Assembly (NCBI GenBank): GCA_013265495.1
Contig: MU058065.1
Coordinates: forward strand, 2,395,003 to 2,459,002
Source of the DNA: Vicugna vicugna
Taxonomy: Eukaryota
Direction: 5' to 3'
Length of the DNA: 64,000 nt
Shown: piece by piece, positions 1 to 12,859 of the stretch
Layout of the letters: each line of letters starts with the position of its first letter
How positions within the stretch are numbered: the first letter of the stretch is position 1
Program-made: the position numbers and the translations under genes
The notes under the pieces: model-generated
Databases searched by the model: none
What the model saw: only the letters and a program-made list of their open reading frames with translations
What the model was told of the DNA's origin: nothing

Positions 1-375
1 TATTTGTCTTTCTCTGCCTTACTTCATTTAGTGTGCTAATCTCTAGGTCCATCCATGTTGTTGCAAATGGCATTATTCCATTCTTTTTTATGGCAGAGTA
101 ATATTCCATTATATATGTATATACATATATATTGCATCTTCTTTATCTGGTCATTTTTCAATGGACATTTAAGTTGCTTCCATGTCTTGGCTATTGTAAA
201 TAGTGTTGCTATGCACATTGGGGTTCAGGTATCTTTTCAAATAAGAGTGTTCTCCAGATATATGCCCAGGAGTAGGATTGCTGGATCATATGATGCTTCT
301 ATTTTTAGTTTTTTTAGAGGAATCTCTATACTATTTTCCATAGTGGCTGCCCCAAATTACATTCCCACCAGCAAA
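1..375 (-). mobile_element. LINE-1 fragment (ORF2 C-terminus), cut by window edge
   Basis: Minus-strand ORF MCIATLFTIAKTWKQLKCP matches the L1 ORF2p C-terminus. Confidence 0.9.
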
Positions 376-929
376 CACTGTTTTTAGAATACTGACTCAT
401 ATTAGAAAAGAGCCAACATGTAATTAGATATTTATGACAGCATAATATTATAAAGACAGAAATTAGAAGGCAGAGAACTTGGTCTCTTCCAACAGGAGAG
501 AAAGCATTCTCTCACAAATTCCTGAATGAAGCAGACAGCTAGCTGACATTTTCTCGGGTGACAATCTCCACCTTTGCGGATCCAGCAAACACCCTTATGC
601 ATTCACATTATTTACCCTGAAGAACCTTGGGATGTGATTGCTCAAGTCCTGCTTGTGTGTACAGATTTTTATTCTGCTTATTGCTTGAGGTTCATGTGAA
701 ACTCGAGTGTGGCTTGCACTGCTGGGTGCCATCCCATTTAGCTCTCTCCACTGCTTTGAAACATGGTTTTAAGAAGGCACATCATGCTTTGGAAAAGGTG
801 ATCTGGTCAGTGAGTATACAAGGCAACTTTTAAATAAAGTTAATACTCATTAACATTTACTACTAGTAGTAGGAACAGCTGTAATGATTGAGTGTGGACT
901 TTGAAATCCTGCCAGCGTCTTTTGGAGGC

Positions 930-1060
930 ATAAGAATGATTATCTATCTCCAGTTTATAGGGAGGAAATCGAGGCACAATGAGGTTAAGCATGTTGCCCA
1001 AAGTCACATGGCGGGTCAAAGGAGAAACCAGATCTGCACCTAGGGCGTCTGTTTGCAGAA
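930..1060 (-). mobile_element. MIR SINE fragment
   Basis: GAGGAAATCGAGGCACAATGAGGTTAAGC...GCCCAAAGTCACA is the antisense MIR core. Confidence 0.7.
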
Positions 1061-1394
1061 ACTCCTCTCCTCCTAAGACAATCCCAGCACATTACTCTGG
1101 GCAGATGCTACCTCTCCACTCTTTCTCTGTCCCACTCAGTTGAGGACTAGGTGATTTCAATTATTCTCCATCGCCATCCCCTCTCCCAGACCTGGATTTT
1201 GAAATCACTGGCTTTGAGGTTCATCCCTTGCCCAACATATACATTTATCTAGTGACTCTGTACTCATTATCAGCCTACACATGGCCACAGGATTCCATGG
1301 GGAGTTCGACTGAGTGCTACAAAGCCAAAGACTGTTGCTCCGGAACACCAGGGCTAAGAATTCTCTGGTTGATGTGAATTTAAATATCAACCGC

Positions 1395-1522
1395 GACAGC
1401 GAAAAAAAAATGTGACAATGAATATACGTATGTTCATGTATAACTAAAAAATTGTGCTCTACGCTGGAATTTGATGCAACATTGTAAAATGACTGTAACT
1501 CGATAAAAAAAAGTTCAAAAAA
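1395..1522 (+). mobile_element. Short 5'-truncated L1 3'UTR insertion
   Basis: Similar to the 3' end of the L1 at ~4630-4750; A-rich tail; TSD AAATATC(A/G)ACCGC at 1382-1394 and 1523-1535. Confidence 0.85.
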
Positions 1523-2684
1523 AAATATCGACCGCAGAGTTCAGTATATTCCACAGGAGACTGGCAACGTATGATACCCATATGGCATTAAGCTTCAGAA
1601 CAAACTGAAAACCTCTCAAGCAGGAAGGCGTCTTCTCCCATCCAGCTATAAATCTGGCCCCAAACATCACATCTATGTCTTGGGCCACTCAGCAGCGTCA
1701 CCACCGCTGGGTATGGCGAGCGGCCACAAGAACCTCCTGGGGCGTGTCACTGTTCGAGCATTCAGAATTCCAAAGTAGGATGGATATAAGCAGTGAGGAA
1801 ATGGTGGCCAAGGTCAGCTGAAAGTGTGATGCGGCAGTCAGGAATAACGCCAGTTCTTTGACACCAAGACCTTGAGTGGGGAAGCCAAGTCTCTGAACAC
1901 GACTGAAGGATCAAATTATGAAATTGTTTCAAAGGCTCTCCGGTTTATTTGGCGCCTAGTAGGCTGACATTTTCTGCATTTTAATGATTATTGTAACCAT
2001 TGTGACCAGGCAAAATCAAGGTGTATTTGCATTTCATTTTCTCTTCTCTTTCGGTGCAGCAGTCTGCTTTGTTGAATTACCTTGTTTTTGACAACATTAA
2101 CAAAAATGAAAAACCCAAGAACTGCTTCTCCCCCTCCATTTATTTTTATTTTAGTTAGCCTTTAACCAGATTACCATTATGATTAGAAAGGAAAAATCTT
2201 GTTCACTTCCTGACAAATCTTGTTTGATGGCATCAGTAAGTCTTATTTATTTGCAGATTCCAAAGATTACTGTTAAGAATTCAATAGCCATCAAGAAGCA
2301 TTTTGCATAATCATATACACACACACACACACACAAATGCACACTTTGCACCTTTGTTCTTTTCTAAAGACAATCTGCATTTACAGTGTGATAAAGTAAC
2401 ATTTGAATAGTATTAATTAGTATATATGTCATCTGGTTAGATACCATTAAACCTCGAAGGCAGAGATGCAGCTAACTGCAGGGATATTTGCCTCATTCTT
2501 TAATATATTCTTTAATAAAATCCCTCATTCTCAGGGATTTGCGATTTCCGCATGAATCCTTCAGTATGTCAAGAAGAAATAGTAAAAAAATAAAAAATAA
2601 AAAAAGAGATGGTAGATCAGCCCACCTTGATGATATGCATGTAGCTGTCTTTTTAAAATCAATTTGTAAGTGAGTTAGAAGGAA

Positions 2685-3833
2685 AATGTCATATGGTAGG
2701 TATCACTTGTATGAGGAATTTAAAAAAAAATGATACAAATGAACTTATTTACAAAGCAGAAACAGACTCATAGACATAGAAAACAAATGTATGGTAACCA
2801 AAGGGAAAAGAGGGGGATGGATAAATTAGGAATTTGGAATTAACATATACACACTACTATATATAAAATAAATAAACAACAAGGACTTACTATATAGCAC
2901 AAGGAACTATATTCAGTATCTTGTAAAAACTTATATTGGAAAAGAATCTTTTTTTTTTTTACATTTTTTATTGATTCATAATCATTTTACAGTGTTGTGT
3001 CAAATTCCAGTGTTCAGCACAATTTTTCAGTCATTCATGGACATATACACACTCATTGTCACATTTTTTTCTCTGTGATTTATCATAACATTTTGTGTAT
3101 ATTTCCCTGTGCTATACAGTGTAATCTTGTTTATCTATTCTACAATTTTGAAATCCCAGTCTATCCCTTCCCACCCTCTACCCCCCCGGTAACCACAAGT
3201 TTGTATTCTCTGTCCATGAGTCTATTTCTGTCCTGTATTTATGCTTTGTTTTTGTTTGGTTTTGTTTTTTAGATTCCACATATGAGCGATCTCATATGGT
3301 ATTTTTCTTTCTCTTTCTGGCTTACTTCACTTAGAATGACATTCTCTAGGAGCATCCATGTTGCTGCAAATGGCATTATGTTGTCGGTTTTTATGGCTGA
3401 GTAGTATTCCATTGTATAAATATACCACCTCTTCTTTATCCAGTCACCTGTTGATGGACATTTAGGTTGTTTCCATATTTTGGCTATTGTAAATAGTGCT
3501 GCTATGAACATTGGGGTGCAGGTGTCATCCTGAAGTAGATTTCCTTCTGGATACAAGCCCAGGAGTGGGATTCCTGGGTCATATGGTAAGTCTATTCCTA
3601 GTCTTTTGAGGAATCTCCACACTGTTTTCCATAGTGGCTGCACCAAACTGCATTCCCACCAGCAGTGTAGGAGGGTTCCCCTTTCTCCACATCCTCTCCA
3701 GCATTTGTCATTTTTGGATTTTTGAATGACAGCCAGAAAAGAATCTGAAAAAGAATATATATGTACATGTAACTGAATCACTTTGCTGTACACCTGAAAC
3801 ACTGTTAAACAACTATACTTCAATTAAAAAAAA
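2685..3833 (+). mobile_element. Older L1 3' end, interrupted by a younger antisense L1
   Basis: L1 3'UTR-like sequence 2685-2949 resumes at 3736 and ends in an A tail near 3833. Confidence 0.85.
2950..3735 (-). mobile_element. Young L1, 5'-truncated (ORF2 C-terminus + 3'UTR)
   Basis: Open frame ...[34 protein letters not shown]...SLICGI; poly-T at left; perfect TSD GAAAAGAATCT at 2939-2949 and 3736-3746. Confidence 0.95.
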
Positions 3834-4088
3834 ACAATTTGTGGGCTCTGGAGATAATGGATATCATTAACTTATGGATGAACCAGTGGGACCAGGCAGT
3901 CCAGGACTTTTCCTGAAGAGGGAGGGGCCTGCTCAAGGTGTTCCCCACTGAGAACTTGTAGGGGTGACAGTAAGCCTGCAGCATCTGACTTGCTGGCTTT
4001 CCCACCTTCCTCAAGGATCTGTGCCCATCCCACCACAGCTCTGGCTCTGGGACTCCCACTCCTCTTTCCATAAATTCTTACAGCATGA

Positions 4089-4768
4089 ATGAGGTATCAC
4101 CTCACACCAGTCAGAATGGCCATCATTCAAAAGTCCACAAATGACAAATGCTGGAGAGGCTGTGGAGAAAAGGGAACCCTCCTACACTGCTGGTGGGAAT
4201 GCAGGTTGGTGCAGCCACTGTGAAAAACAGTATGGAGATCCCTCAAAAGACTAGGAATAGACTTACCATATGACCCAGGAATCCCACTCCTGGGCATATA
4301 TCCAGAAGGAACCCTACTTCAGAAAGATACCTGCACCCCAATGTTCATAGCAGCACTATTTACAATAACCAAGACATGGAAACAGCCTAAATGTCCATCA
4401 ACAGATGACTGGATAAAAAAGAAGTGGTATATTTATACAATGGAATACTATTCAGCCATAAAAATGACAACATAATGCTACTTGCAGCAACATGGATGTC
4501 CTTGGAGAATGTCATTCTAAGTGAAGTAAGCCAGAAAGAGAAAGAAAAATACCATATGGGATCAGGCATATGCAGAATAGATAAACAAGATTATACTGTA
4601 TAGCACAGGGAAATGTATACAAGATCTTGTGGTAGCTCACAGAGAAAAAAAATTTGACAATGAATATATGTATGTTCATGTATAACTGAAAAATTCTGCT
4701 CTACATTGGAATATGACACAGCATTGTAAAATAAATAAATGTTAAAAAAAATAACAACAACAACAAAA
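4089..4768 (+). mobile_element. Young L1, 5'-truncated (same family as 2950-3735)
   Basis: L1 ORF2 3' end and 3'UTR, A/(AAC)n tail; TSD AAATTCTTACAGCATGA (4072-4088) and AAATCCTTACTGCATGA (4769-4785). Confidence 0.95.
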
Positions 4769-6669
4769 AAATCCTTACTGCATGAGAAGCATGTTGGAAA
4801 CACACTTACATAGAAATGGAGACAACTTAGGAGTCTGTGTACTGGTGATTGATTCCAGTAATCAGTAAAAGCCATAACACAAAGAAACTGAATCCTTGTG
4901 AGATTTTTGCCTTCATCACGGATGTGTGTGTGTGTGTACGCGCATGTGCATATGTGCATGTCAGTGAATTAAACCACATACACGCACTGAATTTCTTGCC
5001 CAGATTACTAGTTTCTTCCCCTATCTCAAGGAGTACATTTAAAGTCTCACCTGACTGGGCATCTAGTTGTCTGAACAATTCTTTCTGGCATCCTGTCCTT
5101 ATGCCCTGCAGCCAAATACGTTCTCAGGTCAATCTCTTTCCAGCACAGCTTTGTTCCAGCCACACACCAACCCCTTCCACTGCACCCCCTCCCGACATCC
5201 TCACCCCGACTGAGAAACCTTCAACAGCTCCTCATTGTCGAAAACAGGACTTATTTGACTGACATGAGTGTCCTTCAGAAATTGGTCCAAACTTACACTA
5301 GCTTCTGAAACACTCACTATCCTAACCCACGTCACATCTGAGCTGAACTAGGGAGTGAGTGTGAAGACCAGAGAGGTCCAAACACTGTGCCTGGGGAGGC
5401 TGAGGCCTAGAGGATTGCAAGATGAGGCGGGTTTAGCAAAGGGTGAAGGATAGGGCCGGTGAAGCAGAAGGGGCACTGAGCGAGTGGTGTCCTGGAGGCC
5501 AGGTAAGGAGTGCTTCCTGGAGGAGGCTGTGTGCGGTTTGGTCACACACTGCGGATGGACAGATCGTGAGGAAGGCTGAGTGCTACCGCCTGGGCTAGGG
5601 CATGAATTGGGGTAAAAGCAGTGTGATGGGGCAAAAGCCTCACGGAAGTGGGATCAAAAGAATGAGAGGATGCGAAGACAGGGAGTAACAGCATTTGAGA
5701 CATTACTGCGGCGGGGAGAAGCGATGTAGGGTAGCAGCTAGAAGGGACCACAAGGCCAAAGCGAGTTTTGTCTCATTTTTTTAAAGATGGAGGCTATGAC
5801 TGCATGTTGAAATGTTGCATGGGGATGTGTGACAGTCCCAGAGCAAGATCCTTGCTGCTGTGAGTTGTGGGGGAGGTACTTGTGGCCAAGTGGAGGGGTG
5901 CAGACACGCCACCCATGGAAGGAATAGGAGGGACGAGCCGGTAGGAGATGGGAGAGAATTCGAGAAGCCTGGAACATTGATGTTTCCAGGATGAGGAAGT
6001 TCTCCTTTGATTGCCTCTATTTTCTCAGGGGAATAAAAAGCTGAGAGTTTGGAAAGGGGAGGAGGTGCTGAAGTACACGGAGAGAAGAGAAAGTCTTCAA
6101 CACTTCTTCCAGAGTCGAGAGCAAGCAGGCTGGGGCACTGTGGTGAGGCTGCCGGTTGGCCCTGAAGATTATTTAAATTTGTGGGCAGGAGCTTACAGTG
6201 GGACTAGCCGGCACAGCTGTGCATTTTTTCCAGTTAAGCTCAGCTGGCACTTTGTTCGTACTGAAATTACTTCAAGAGTTCCACAGGTTGTTTATAACTG
6301 GTGGGAATGTGGACCAGTGTAAACTGGTACCATCTTTCTTGATGGGTAGATAATAGCGAGAAAAGCCTCAATAAGGTTTACTTTTTAAACCAGTCATTTG
6401 AACTTTATGAATGTATCCTGATGTAACCGGAAACTTGGAGAAAAATTTCATGTGCAAGATTTCCATTGTCATATTCATAAAATAACAACTGGAAACAATC
6501 TCAGTATTTAGTCATCAGGACTTAGATTCCTGGAAATTCATTGCATTGGTTATCAGGGAATAGACTATGACTAGCCCACGAATGGACTATTTCTGTGTCC
6601 TTTCAGGATTGTTGTTTTTTTTTTTAAATTAGAAATTGATATTGACACACAAAATAGCATTAAGTGCAA

Positions 6670-7130
6670 AATCCATTACAAGCATCCTGCCTGAAGTCAC
6701 TGTTATCATCTCTCACCTGAAATATTGCAAAGACCACTTGGTCTCTCTGCATCCTCTCCTGTCCGCCACCCATTCTGTTCTCCACACCACGGCAAGTGGG
6801 ATTGTTAACAGACATCTTTAAAACACAATCTTGACATTTCTCTACTTGTAAGCTTTGAATGGCTTCTTGTTTCTTGATCTCATATCCTGAATCCTTAATC
6901 CAACTTCCAAGGCCCTGCGTGATTTGCCCCCTCCCTGTGCCGAGCTTTTTTGCTCCAGTATTCTGCACCTTCATCTGCTCCTGGCCCCTGCACACCCTTG
7001 TGCTGTTCCTTGCCTTCAACTGCTCTCCTTACCCCACTCCTGCTCCAGCCCTGCTTGATTCCTACTCATTCACCAGGTCTCACCTTACACCTGCCTTCCT
7101 CAAGGAAACCTCCCCTGAATTGTTTATGCC
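6670..7130 (+). mobile_element. LINE-2 fragment
   Basis: Pyrimidine-rich L2 motifs (ATCATCTCTCACCTG, CCATTCTGTTCTCCACAC, CCTTCCTCAAGGAAACCTCCCCTGA). Confidence 0.7.
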
Positions 7131-10100
7131 TCCATCATTTTAATCATCCAAACTGTGACAACCCACACTAGCTCAGGTAACTGCAAAACCCAGGATTAGT
7201 TTCCGTCTTGATCCAGAACTCAAAAAGTGTCACCAGGACTTGATAATCTTCTCACCTCTTGACCTCACTTCTATGCTGGCTCCAGAGTGAAGCTCATTTC
7301 TCATGGTGCTAAGATTGCTGCAGTGGCTCCCGCTTTCTCCTTTACCTTTAAATCTAGTAGGAAGAGTGGATATACTTCTCCAAGAGGATACCAATAAACG
7401 TTCCAGAATTTAGTCTTGTTGTCCTGGGTTACTTGACTCCAAGCATATGCCTATTTTAGAAACAATCATTATTGCTTCAAGAAAGCAATGCTCTGATCGG
7501 CCAAGATGCTGTCAGGCCACGTGCTCCTCCTATGGCTCAGAGTTATGCGTGCACTGGGTCCCCAAACCCAAACTGGGATTTCAGGAAGCAGGGGGAATGG
7601 ATCCTGGAGAGACAGAAAACAAGAGTCCACCAGGAAATTTTTTACTACATATTTGCATAGGAACTTTTTTCCTTTCACAGCATTTCTGATAATTATACAT
7701 TTATGTATATTATTAAAAATATTTGTCTTCCCTATAACACTGTACACTCACCTTGGGAGGGACCCAGTCTTTTGTTTTTTTTTCCTCCACTGCTCTATGC
7801 CCAGTAGCCAACACCATTCTTAGCACAAAGCTAATGCTCGATTAACATTTGTTCAATAATTGTGTTACCAACCCCCCCAAAACAACAACAACAAAAAACA
7901 GCCAGTAGAATATAAACCAGTATATATGGTAGGATTCCAATTTTTGTTTTAAAAACTAAATTTTTTTTCTCCCCACCTCTGTGCCTTGTAAAATTCAAAT
8001 CTGAAAGGTAATACACCAAATACAACAGTAGTTGTAGTTGATGGTGGAATTAAGAATAGGGCTTTAAAACAACACTTGCCTGTGTTTTCCAAATTGACGA
8101 TGAACCTATACCATTTTTTAACCAAAATTTTTCTGAAAATAGTCTTTAGAAATAAATTGGATAAGTTTCTTTTATTTAGAATAAAAATGTACAGTTTGGA
8201 AAGAAAAGGGGTTTTCTCAAGAACATAAGGCCTCAAACCAAAACTTTCTCCATGACAAGGGAAATTCCTGAACACCGCAGAAGGGACTGCTGGAGATGCT
8301 GATTACCTAAGACACTAATATCAAGGCCCTGAAGAAAACAGCAGGGCCAGGCTTCAACCAAATGTCTGCAGCTGGGGAGGAATGGCATAGGCTGGCTTTG
8401 AAGTTGGTCTCTCTTTGCTCCTTTTACTTTTTTAAACTCGTAGTTCAATTTCCAGAAAGTTGATATTTTGGTTTGTGGACTACCATCATCACTTTATTAG
8501 CATGTTTCTGATTTGTAACCCTCACTACCACCAACTTCCTGGACTCCATGGTGGCTCTTACTGTATCCTCTGTACTTTCTGTTACTATATAGTTAGGGAG
8601 TGATGTGAGAAGTGAAACTCATACATTGAGTTGACCTAATACCAGGGCTTTTGTTGTGAGTAGATGTACATGCCCGGAATCACACCCATCAGCTCAGAGA
8701 CAGCCCGACCTGAAGCATATCATACACCGCGCTCCCTGGCTTCTGCTTATGATGGCAGATTTGGAATCTAGAGGCCCCTTCAGAACTGGACCATCTTCAC
8801 TGTGGAGCATCTTGATTTACAGATCCGACTCATTATTGGTGGACCAGCCGTGGAGTTTGAAAAGGAGTAGGGATGGGATGGGGAAGTCAAGATTCTAAAA
8901 TGCAAGTTATGCCACTAAGACCCATGGACGTTCTGAATAAACAGTGCTTACCCCCCACTGTGTGTCCTAAGCAGGTCTGCTGGGTGTGAAGCTTCCGTAG
9001 GAACCAGCTCAGTGCCTCGATTCCAGACTTAGCTCTGCTTCCGATTAGCTCTCTGTGCCTGCGTTGGCCTTGCCGACTCTGAGACTGAGGCTCTCATCCG
9101 TTCAGTGGGCACAGCACCTGTTTCTTGTAGGTTGTTTGAGGGCCAGATAAGAGAACCAATGTGGAGTGTGGAGCCCTGAGGATGATTTGAGGTGTGACGT
9201 ACGAATCTGGAGGGAAGAACATTAGGGGCAGAGGCCCAGGAGAGCGTCCACTGCCCATCTCAGCGAGGTCATGAGGGAAGTCAAAGGTTCCTCTCATTCT
9301 CCAATCACCCTTTTCCTAACCTGGGCCACAGAGTAAGGGAAGTTTCTTTTACCCTTTACTTAACAAGAGCATTGAGATTAGCTTCAAGGCTCACCATTAG
9401 CCTTCCCCTGTCTTTCCACCAGCAACAAAATCTTCAAAGCAAAAGCTTCACAGAATGGGCAAGGTAGGGGGAACATGGCTGGGGCCTGCCCTGGAGTCAG
9501 ATGGAGGGGAGGCGGCACAAAGCTTAGACCAGAGCCGGAGCCGGAACTCCCAGCAGGAGAGGTAAGCGCACCCTGGGGGTAGAATTAGTTTCGCAAGCAG
9601 CTTTCCTAAATTTACATTGAATTGTGGCTCCTCTGTCAGAAGTGAACTCACTCCATAGCCTGGAGTTTAATTATTTATGAAATAATCCTCTTCTAGAGTT
9701 CTCTGGCAGATGCTGTGACACTAGGGGTGGGAGCCATCGGGAGGTGTGCAGCATCTGAAAAGCCAGGGCTAGGAGGCAGCTGAGCTCATTGAGAGCTTTG
9801 AGGTTGAAGGCTGAGGTTGTCTTGGGGCTTTTAGTGCACAGGTTGCCTAAAGGTAGGTGGCCTCCTGGCACCCTCTGACCTTCTCTCACTAAACTCCAGC
9901 CACAGAGTCCCTCTTTGGGTCTTTTGAGGACAACTCTTTTTTTTTTCCCCTTCAGGGCACTGGCTTCTTACCTCTTCTCCCATGTCACCTCCTGGGCAGC
10001 CTCCCCCTGACCCACAGCTACATAAATAGCTTCCCCTGTGCCTGTCCCAGCAACCTGTTCCCATCATCTTTATAACCTCACTTACTTGGCGCTCATTACT

Positions 10101-10309
10101 TTGTAATTATTTATTTACTTGTTTATTATTTGTTGGGCCCCTCAGAAGGAAGCGGCTCGTCTGTTCCCGGCCGGACCTCCCACGATCCTGCAGCCTGGCT
10201 CGGCAGCAGCAGTGCGCGGAAATAATGCAAGTCGCCTGGGCTGGACCACACCCCCGGAAAACATCCTGAGAAGGACTTTCATCAATTTTGGCTTCCAGAA
10301 TCCACTCAA

Positions 10310-10460
10310 GCAAAGGTTCTTTACCTTTTTAGGGTCACATGTCTCTTTAGGTATTTGATGAAACTAACTGACTCTCCCAAACGAACATTAAAATGCACTC
10401 AAAACTCTGCTTACAACTGGGGGGGCTTGGAGACTCCTAAGGCCCCAGGTGGAAACTCCA
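10310..10460. mobile_element. hAT-Charlie MITE relic (MER117-like)
   Basis: Resembles MER117 (GGTTCTTTACCTTTTTAGGGTCAC...CCCCAGGTGGAAACTCC); from memory of the consensus. Confidence 0.5.
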
Positions 10461-10892
10461 GACTTAAGAAAAATCAAGGGAAGGGGGAGAGATTAGAAAC
10501 TCGACTCCACACTCTTAGGGGAGACTCTTAAAACCGGGACTGTTGAAGTGACATATGTCCTCGGATTGCGGTTATATATATGTAATATACATATGTAAAG
10601 AAAGAAATCGGAGGCAGGAAATCGCTTCTAGTTCCGGCTCTGCCAAAGGCTCCCTCCTTTGCGCGGTGCAGGGCAAGACAACCTAAGACATTTCCCGCAA
10701 GTCAGGTCTGATGAAACGTTTGTGGAATGAATGAATGTTACATTCGCGCGGCAGAATCTGGAAAGCAGCGCCCTCGTGGAACCCGCGGGCGCCGGCCCAC
10801 CCGCGCGGGGGCAGAGCAGGCCCCGCGCCGGGGCGCGCGCGCAGGTGTTCTCGCACCTGCGGCGGCCAGCGCGGCGCGGGGCGGGGCCAGCT

Positions 10893-10960
10893 NNNNNNNN
10901 NNNNNNNNNNNNNNNNNNNNNNNNNNNNNNNNNNNNNNNNNNNNNNNNNNNNNNNNNNNN
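10893..10960. other. Assembly gap (68 N)
   Basis: Run of N within the GC-rich promoter. Confidence 1.
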
Positions 10961-11170
10961 GGAGGGAGGAGGGAGGAGGGAGGAGCGGGAGGGCAGCGGC
11001 GCGGGGAGGAGTCTGCAAACTTTCATTTCGAGGGCATTGTGGGAAGCAGCCATGGTCTGAGGCGGGCTCCTCACCTGTCAGCCGCGCCGGCTCCTGCGCT
11101 CGCCTCTGGCCCTCGCGTCCACCACCGCGCTCACCTCTCGCCGGCCGGGGGCCGCGGCGGCCCGGCCACC

Positions 11171-11173
11171 ATG
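11171..11173 (+). CDS. AP1S3: AP1S3 coding exon 1 (initiator ATG only)
   Basis: GCCACC-ATG|GTGAGT: Kozak-like context immediately followed by a consensus donor, within the CpG island; phase 0 joins exon 2 to give M-IHFILLF. Confidence 0.93.
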
Positions 11174-11435
11174 GTGAGTGCGGGCGGGCGGGCCGGCGGG
11201 GCGGACCGGGGCGAGGGAGCGGGGGGATGGGGGCGTGTGCGCGCGCTCCCGGGAGGCACCTGCTGCGCCGGGCCGGGCGCGCGGCCGGGTAGGGGAGCAG
11301 CCTGTCCCGCCCGGCCCTGCTGGGCAGCCCCCTGGCCCGCGCGCGCCTGTGGTCCTGGCGCCCGGACGTTGAAGACGCGCCCGGGGCACCAGGAAAGCCG
11401 GCTTGGGACGCTCGCGGCCACCGAGCGCTGCTGCT

Positions 11436-12040
11436 TCATTCATTCGACCGTTTGCTGAGCGCTTAGTTTGTGCCAGGCAGGGTGCCAGCCACTGGAGATG
11501 TCGCGGGGACCAGGTAGATGATAAGCTATCCGGGACTTACCGTCTGGGAGGAGGATGTGGAGGCAGGGAGTTGAGTAATAAATGCACTAGTAATCAAGGT
11601 AACTTCCGAGAGTGAGTGTTCTGGAGTCTCAGGTACAACCGGATGGAGGCATGGAGAGGCAGCTCCACAGAGGGCACGCAGCAAAGGCCTCTGAGGAGGG
11701 GACATCTGAGCTGTTGGTGGTCCTGGAGGGAGCACTGCAGGTAGTGGGCGCAGAAGGGGCAAAGGCCAGCGAAGAGGGACTTGTAGCGAGAAAGGTAGGC
11801 AGGGGCCAGATGTTATAAGCCAAGTTAAGGAGATTGGTTTTTATTCCAAAGGAGTTGGGGAGCCTTCGGAGCGTTTTAAGCTAGAGAACTGACTTTATTC
11901 CTTCTGTACCTTTAAAAGCTCGCTTTGGCTGTTTGTGGAGAGCAGACGGGTGGGGTAGGAGGAGGGTGTCAAAGTGGAGACAGGGAGACCAGTTTGCAGT
12001 GCTCTGGGTGAGAGATCCTGGTGGCCGCACTTGGGCGGAA
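11436..12040 (-). mobile_element. LINE-2 3' end
   Basis: Starts with the antisense L2 tail TTCATTCATTC, then typical motifs (TGTGCCAGGC, GAGGAGGGGACATCTGAGCTG, GGAGACAGGGAGACCAGTT). Confidence 0.75.
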
Positions 12041-12859
12041 GTAGTAGCTCCAGGTTCCTCTTGTTCTCACCTTCGGCTTAGGGTAGTGTTTTGAGAGGGC
12101 AGTGGGCTGAACTCACGACCCTCGGTGAGCTGGCTTCCCAAATCCAAGGAGGAACAGAAGTGACCTGCGCCCTGGGCAGGCAGGGGCAGGAGCGCCATGC
12201 CGGTTAAGAGAGGCAGAGCTGAGCGCCTAGGCAGGAAGACCACAGGTGCTGGTTCTTAGGAGAGGCTTGGCTGCCCAGACTGGAGGCACTATTGTGGTTT
12301 GTTGAGGGTTCCTTGTAAATACAGCGTGGTGTAAAAAGGAGGTTGTAAATAATGGAGCAGCTCTCTTGGCTTGCTCAGGTTTCCCAAGGAACAAGGTGAC
12401 ATGTGTGCAGCCTGCTGCATCATTTCCCTAATGGAGGGTGGAATAAGGTCCCAGAGTTTCTGAGCAGCAAGGCACTGCTTTCACCCTAAGGGCTGGGGCT
12501 GTGTCCATGCTCTGGACAACACCTGCAGTGTAGTTTTATTTTTTTCTTGCTGGTGTGCTGGTGTCGAATGATTCATTCATCAGAAATGTGCAGTTTCCCT
12601 AGCTTTTCCACTGTCCCTTGCCCAGTGGGAAATACTGATGTTACTGAGTGCTTGTGATAACCAAGCAGAATGGTCAGCTCTTCACCTTCATGATCTCAGT
12701 CAGTCCTTGCAACAAACAACCAAACAAGGGTATTATGCTCTTTGCGTTTTACCTGCTCTGACCTGTCCGAGCAGTGTGTCCTTGGACCATGCCTTGACCT
12801 CCCGATGCCAGGTTGCTCATATGTAAAATGAAAGTAATAAACGTTTCAGACTCATAAGG

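Larger units (their letters stand above)
10740..11430 (+). promoter_or_regulatory. AP1S3: CpG island / AP1S3 promoter, 5'UTR and start of intron 1
   Basis: Very GC- and CpG-rich; GC box GGGGCGGGGC at 10878-10887; ZNF143/Staf-like site (reverse complement TTCCCACAATGC) at 11034-11045; no TATA box seen. Confidence 0.92.

Noticed and set aside
3269..3823. 184-aa ORF as a host gene
   Set aside because: It is the L1 ORF2p C-terminus of a truncated insertion.
2950..4768. Single twin-primed inverted L1
   Set aside because: Each half has its own tail and TSD, and they cover the same L1 segment.
7150..7560. Possible old MLT1 LTR
   Set aside because: Too degenerate to support by eye.
10628..11458. 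Several overlapping long ORFs over the promoter
   Set aside because: Artefact of stop-poor GC-rich DNA and the N gap.
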